DNA of 64,000 nucleotides from Psilocybe cubensis (taxonomy: Eukaryota). Every line of letters begins with the position of its first letter. Within the stretch, counting starts at the first letter, position 1. The notes under the pieces were generated by a model. It saw only the letters and a program-made list of their open reading frames with translations. It was not told where the DNA came from and searched no databases. This document shows, in pieces, positions 61,595 through 64,000 of the stretch. Location of the stretch: NCBI GenBank assembly GCA_017499595.2, contig CM039009.1:62001-126000 (forward strand), in the 5' to 3' direction. Made by a program: the position numbers and the translations under genes.

Positions 61595-64000
61595 CATACG
61601 ATTTCTCTAAGGTAACTGTAAGTTTTACGGGCGCCTAAATGTGCCAATAGACAATGAGCTTCCATTATCACAAACTCACGGATAGATCTGCCTTCTTTAG
61701 TGCGTACATTAGGTACACATAAGACTTCTCTACCGTCCTGCTTGAGATATAACAGTCCAGACGATTCATCAAGCCTGAAACTCTTGAATTCTTTAGGTCT
61801 CTCAACAATAGGTCGAAATAACACATCCTCAACATATCTATTATTTATTTCATTAACAACATTTATACCATTGAGATCCTCAAATACATTCATTGGGTCA
61901 ACATCAGGCAATGTGAATGCGGGTGTAGTATCATGATTGCAGACCAGTTCCTGGTCAGCAATACTATCTGTTTGGGTACCCGTATCAGTCTTGCCTTGTC
62001 TAGGAGGTAACCGAATGACTAACCTTTCATTTTGTTCCGCAGACACGCCCTCCGTTCCTTCTTTTGGTGACTTAACTTTAATTAGGCCACGCATACGAGC
62101 GGCGAACTCGTCTGAAGTCTCAGGCCGTCCCGTTTCGGCACCTTCACGTTCTCGAATCCGTTTTGATCTCCGTCCCACAAAGTTTGGGTTAAGCGCCGAA
62201 CATTCCGCTTCCAAACCAACCAAGACAGGGTGCGTTATCGCACTCAATGTGACTGCCATTGAATCCCCATTCTCTGGTGAGTCATACTCAGTGTATTCCG
62301 ATGCCGAACGGACTGTTCCTGGCGCATCATTGGAGTAAATCCTGGATAGCGCATCACTAAGAATATTTTCTGTTCCCGGGACGTAAATAACCTCAAAGTC
62401 AAACATCGCCAGTTGTTCCAGCCACCGAGCACGCCTTCCGCTGCTAGCACGATCAATATCTCGATGACTCAAGACTGTAACTAATCCCTTGTGATCTGTA
62501 AACCAACGGAACTTCACACCAAGTAGTAAGTCCCGGTATCGCATCATAGTCTCTAACCCAGCTAACATTTCGGCTTCGTGAACTGGATAGTTCTGCTGCG
62601 CAGGTGAGAGTTTTGCCGAGTAAAAGGCTGCAACTGGTGCAGTCTTCCAATCCTCTCCCTGACTGATGACGCCAGCTATGCCAGTAACACTGGCATCTGT
62701 TATAACATTGACTGGTGGCGCTCCTTTTGAGTAATCAAGCGGGCGCCTATGGTGATTACGAAAAGCGCTTGCGCGCTGCTTTATCTCATCAAATGCACGT
62801 TGGTGAGTGGGTTCCCACCGAAAGGGAACTTCTTTACTCGTTAAAGTGTGTAGAATTCCCATCGGAATTCGCACACTCTCAATATCATCCGCAAGATAGC
62901 TTGCCGCACCTAAAAATCCACGCAATAACTCGCGATTTGTGGGTGTTTTCCACTTCAGAAGTGCGTCAACTTTATGCGGGTCCATTTGGATGCCCTCATC
63001 GTCGACAATCCGGCCTAGTATCTTGACTTTCTTGCACAGGAAGTCTAACTTGTTAGCTGATAGATAAAACTTCTCTTTCTGTAGCACATCTAAAACAATT
63101 AAAACATGCTCGATGTGTTCTTCCAGAGTGTCTGAATATATTACTAAATCATCAAGGTAAGGGTCCATAAATTTGCCAATGTATGGAGAAAAAATATGAT
63201 TCATCAGTGACTGAAATGTTGCAGGTGCATTACAGTCCCCTTGCTGCAATACATGCGAAACCATGTTTCCATTGGGTGTTGAAAAAGCCGTCTTCCACAC
63301 ATCAGCAGGTTCGATTCGGACTTGCTCATATGCATCTTTTAAATCTATTAAACTACGATACGGTTTACTTGATACTCGTCTCATGATGCCGTCGATGTCC
63401 GGCAAAGGGCTTGTAAGTTTCCTTGTATTATTATTACGAGCTCGTAGATCTATAACAGTCCGCAGCTTTGCCGGCTCTCCCGGTTTGGCAGGCTTTGGAA
63501 TGAACATCATAGGTACGGTATTCCTTGAATTTGTAATTTCCCACCGTCCTGTTCTAATGTAATCACTTCGTTTCTCAACCCACTGGGGCATGAATGCCTC
63601 GGGGCATCGTGACGGGCGCCATGGGTACTGTACTTCATCGTTTATTAAATCTATCTTATGATTAATTGCTCGAAGAGGTGGTAACGGGGTCTCAGCGGCT
63701 GTTTTACACAGCGGCGCGGCCTTATGTTTCAAGAAGTCTCGAACCTCGTCGAAATTTTCTTCCCTAATCCGAGCTGCTCTTGATTGTAAAGTACGAACGG
63801 CAGATCCTTTAATTGGTAACGCCGTGTTGCTACCAATAATTACTCGAGTTGGATTAAACCCAACTAAAGCTTGATGCTGGTACATGAATGGAGTACCCAG
63901 GATCAAGTCATAGCTGGATAAGTTAATTATATCAAAGGCTCTAACCTCATTGACGCCTTGATACGTCAGTTGGGCGCTTGTTTTATAATTTACCTTCGAT
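61595..64000 (-). CDS. pol: Gypsy pol, 5' half: end of protease, RT, RNase H, start of integrase zinc finger
   Basis: LILGTPF, RTVIDLRARN, LIDLKDAYEQ, QQGDCNAPATFQ, YLDDLVI, ITDASVTG, QQNYPVHEAEML, FTDHKGL, NILSDALSR, EAHCLLAHLG; the ORF runs off the window end. Confidence 0.95.

Larger units (their letters stand above)
40804..64000 (-). mobile_element. Ty3/Gypsy chromovirus LTR retrotransposon, interrupted by an 18.3-kb insertion; 5' part outside the window
   Basis: Domain order PR-RT-RH-IN-chromodomain on the minus strand, split at 43320/61595. Confidence 0.92.

Overview
Eukaryotic, intron-rich fungal DNA; the gene content points to an agaric basidiomycete. 1-40.8 kb is host DNA. It holds a hAT-type MITE, three intron-containing tRNA-Ser(AGA) genes, one tRNA-Gly(GCC), and a ~10 kb microsatellite-saturated island. 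That island contains a divergent pair: a 1267-aa low-complexity gene and a PCNA gene with a 2.8-kb intron and a ~140-aa charged insertion. The host part also has a GH5 glucanase, two F-box-like genes, a trichodiene-synthase-like terpene cyclase, a long-type unspecific peroxygenase, membrane proteins, and two copies of a fold-back CACTG MITE, one of which knocks out a gene. 40.8-64 kb is a nested transposon structure. An otherwise intact Ty3/Gypsy chromovirus (minus strand, 3' LTR 40804-41069) has its integrase zinc finger split by an 18,274-bp DNA element (43321-61594) with CATCAG...CTGATG termini and a 2-bp CA target duplication. The element carries a Plavaka-type transposase plus cargo: an intron-retaining Pho80/Pcl-like cyclin, a JmjC dioxygenase, an Spt5-like NGN/KOW protein, a probable DUF6532 protein and two small ORFs. 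All its genes are transcribed outward from a central perfect 89-bp-arm palindrome at 54875. This giant cargo transposon is the most notable system in the window. All family assignments come from motif recognition by eye; no database searches were run.
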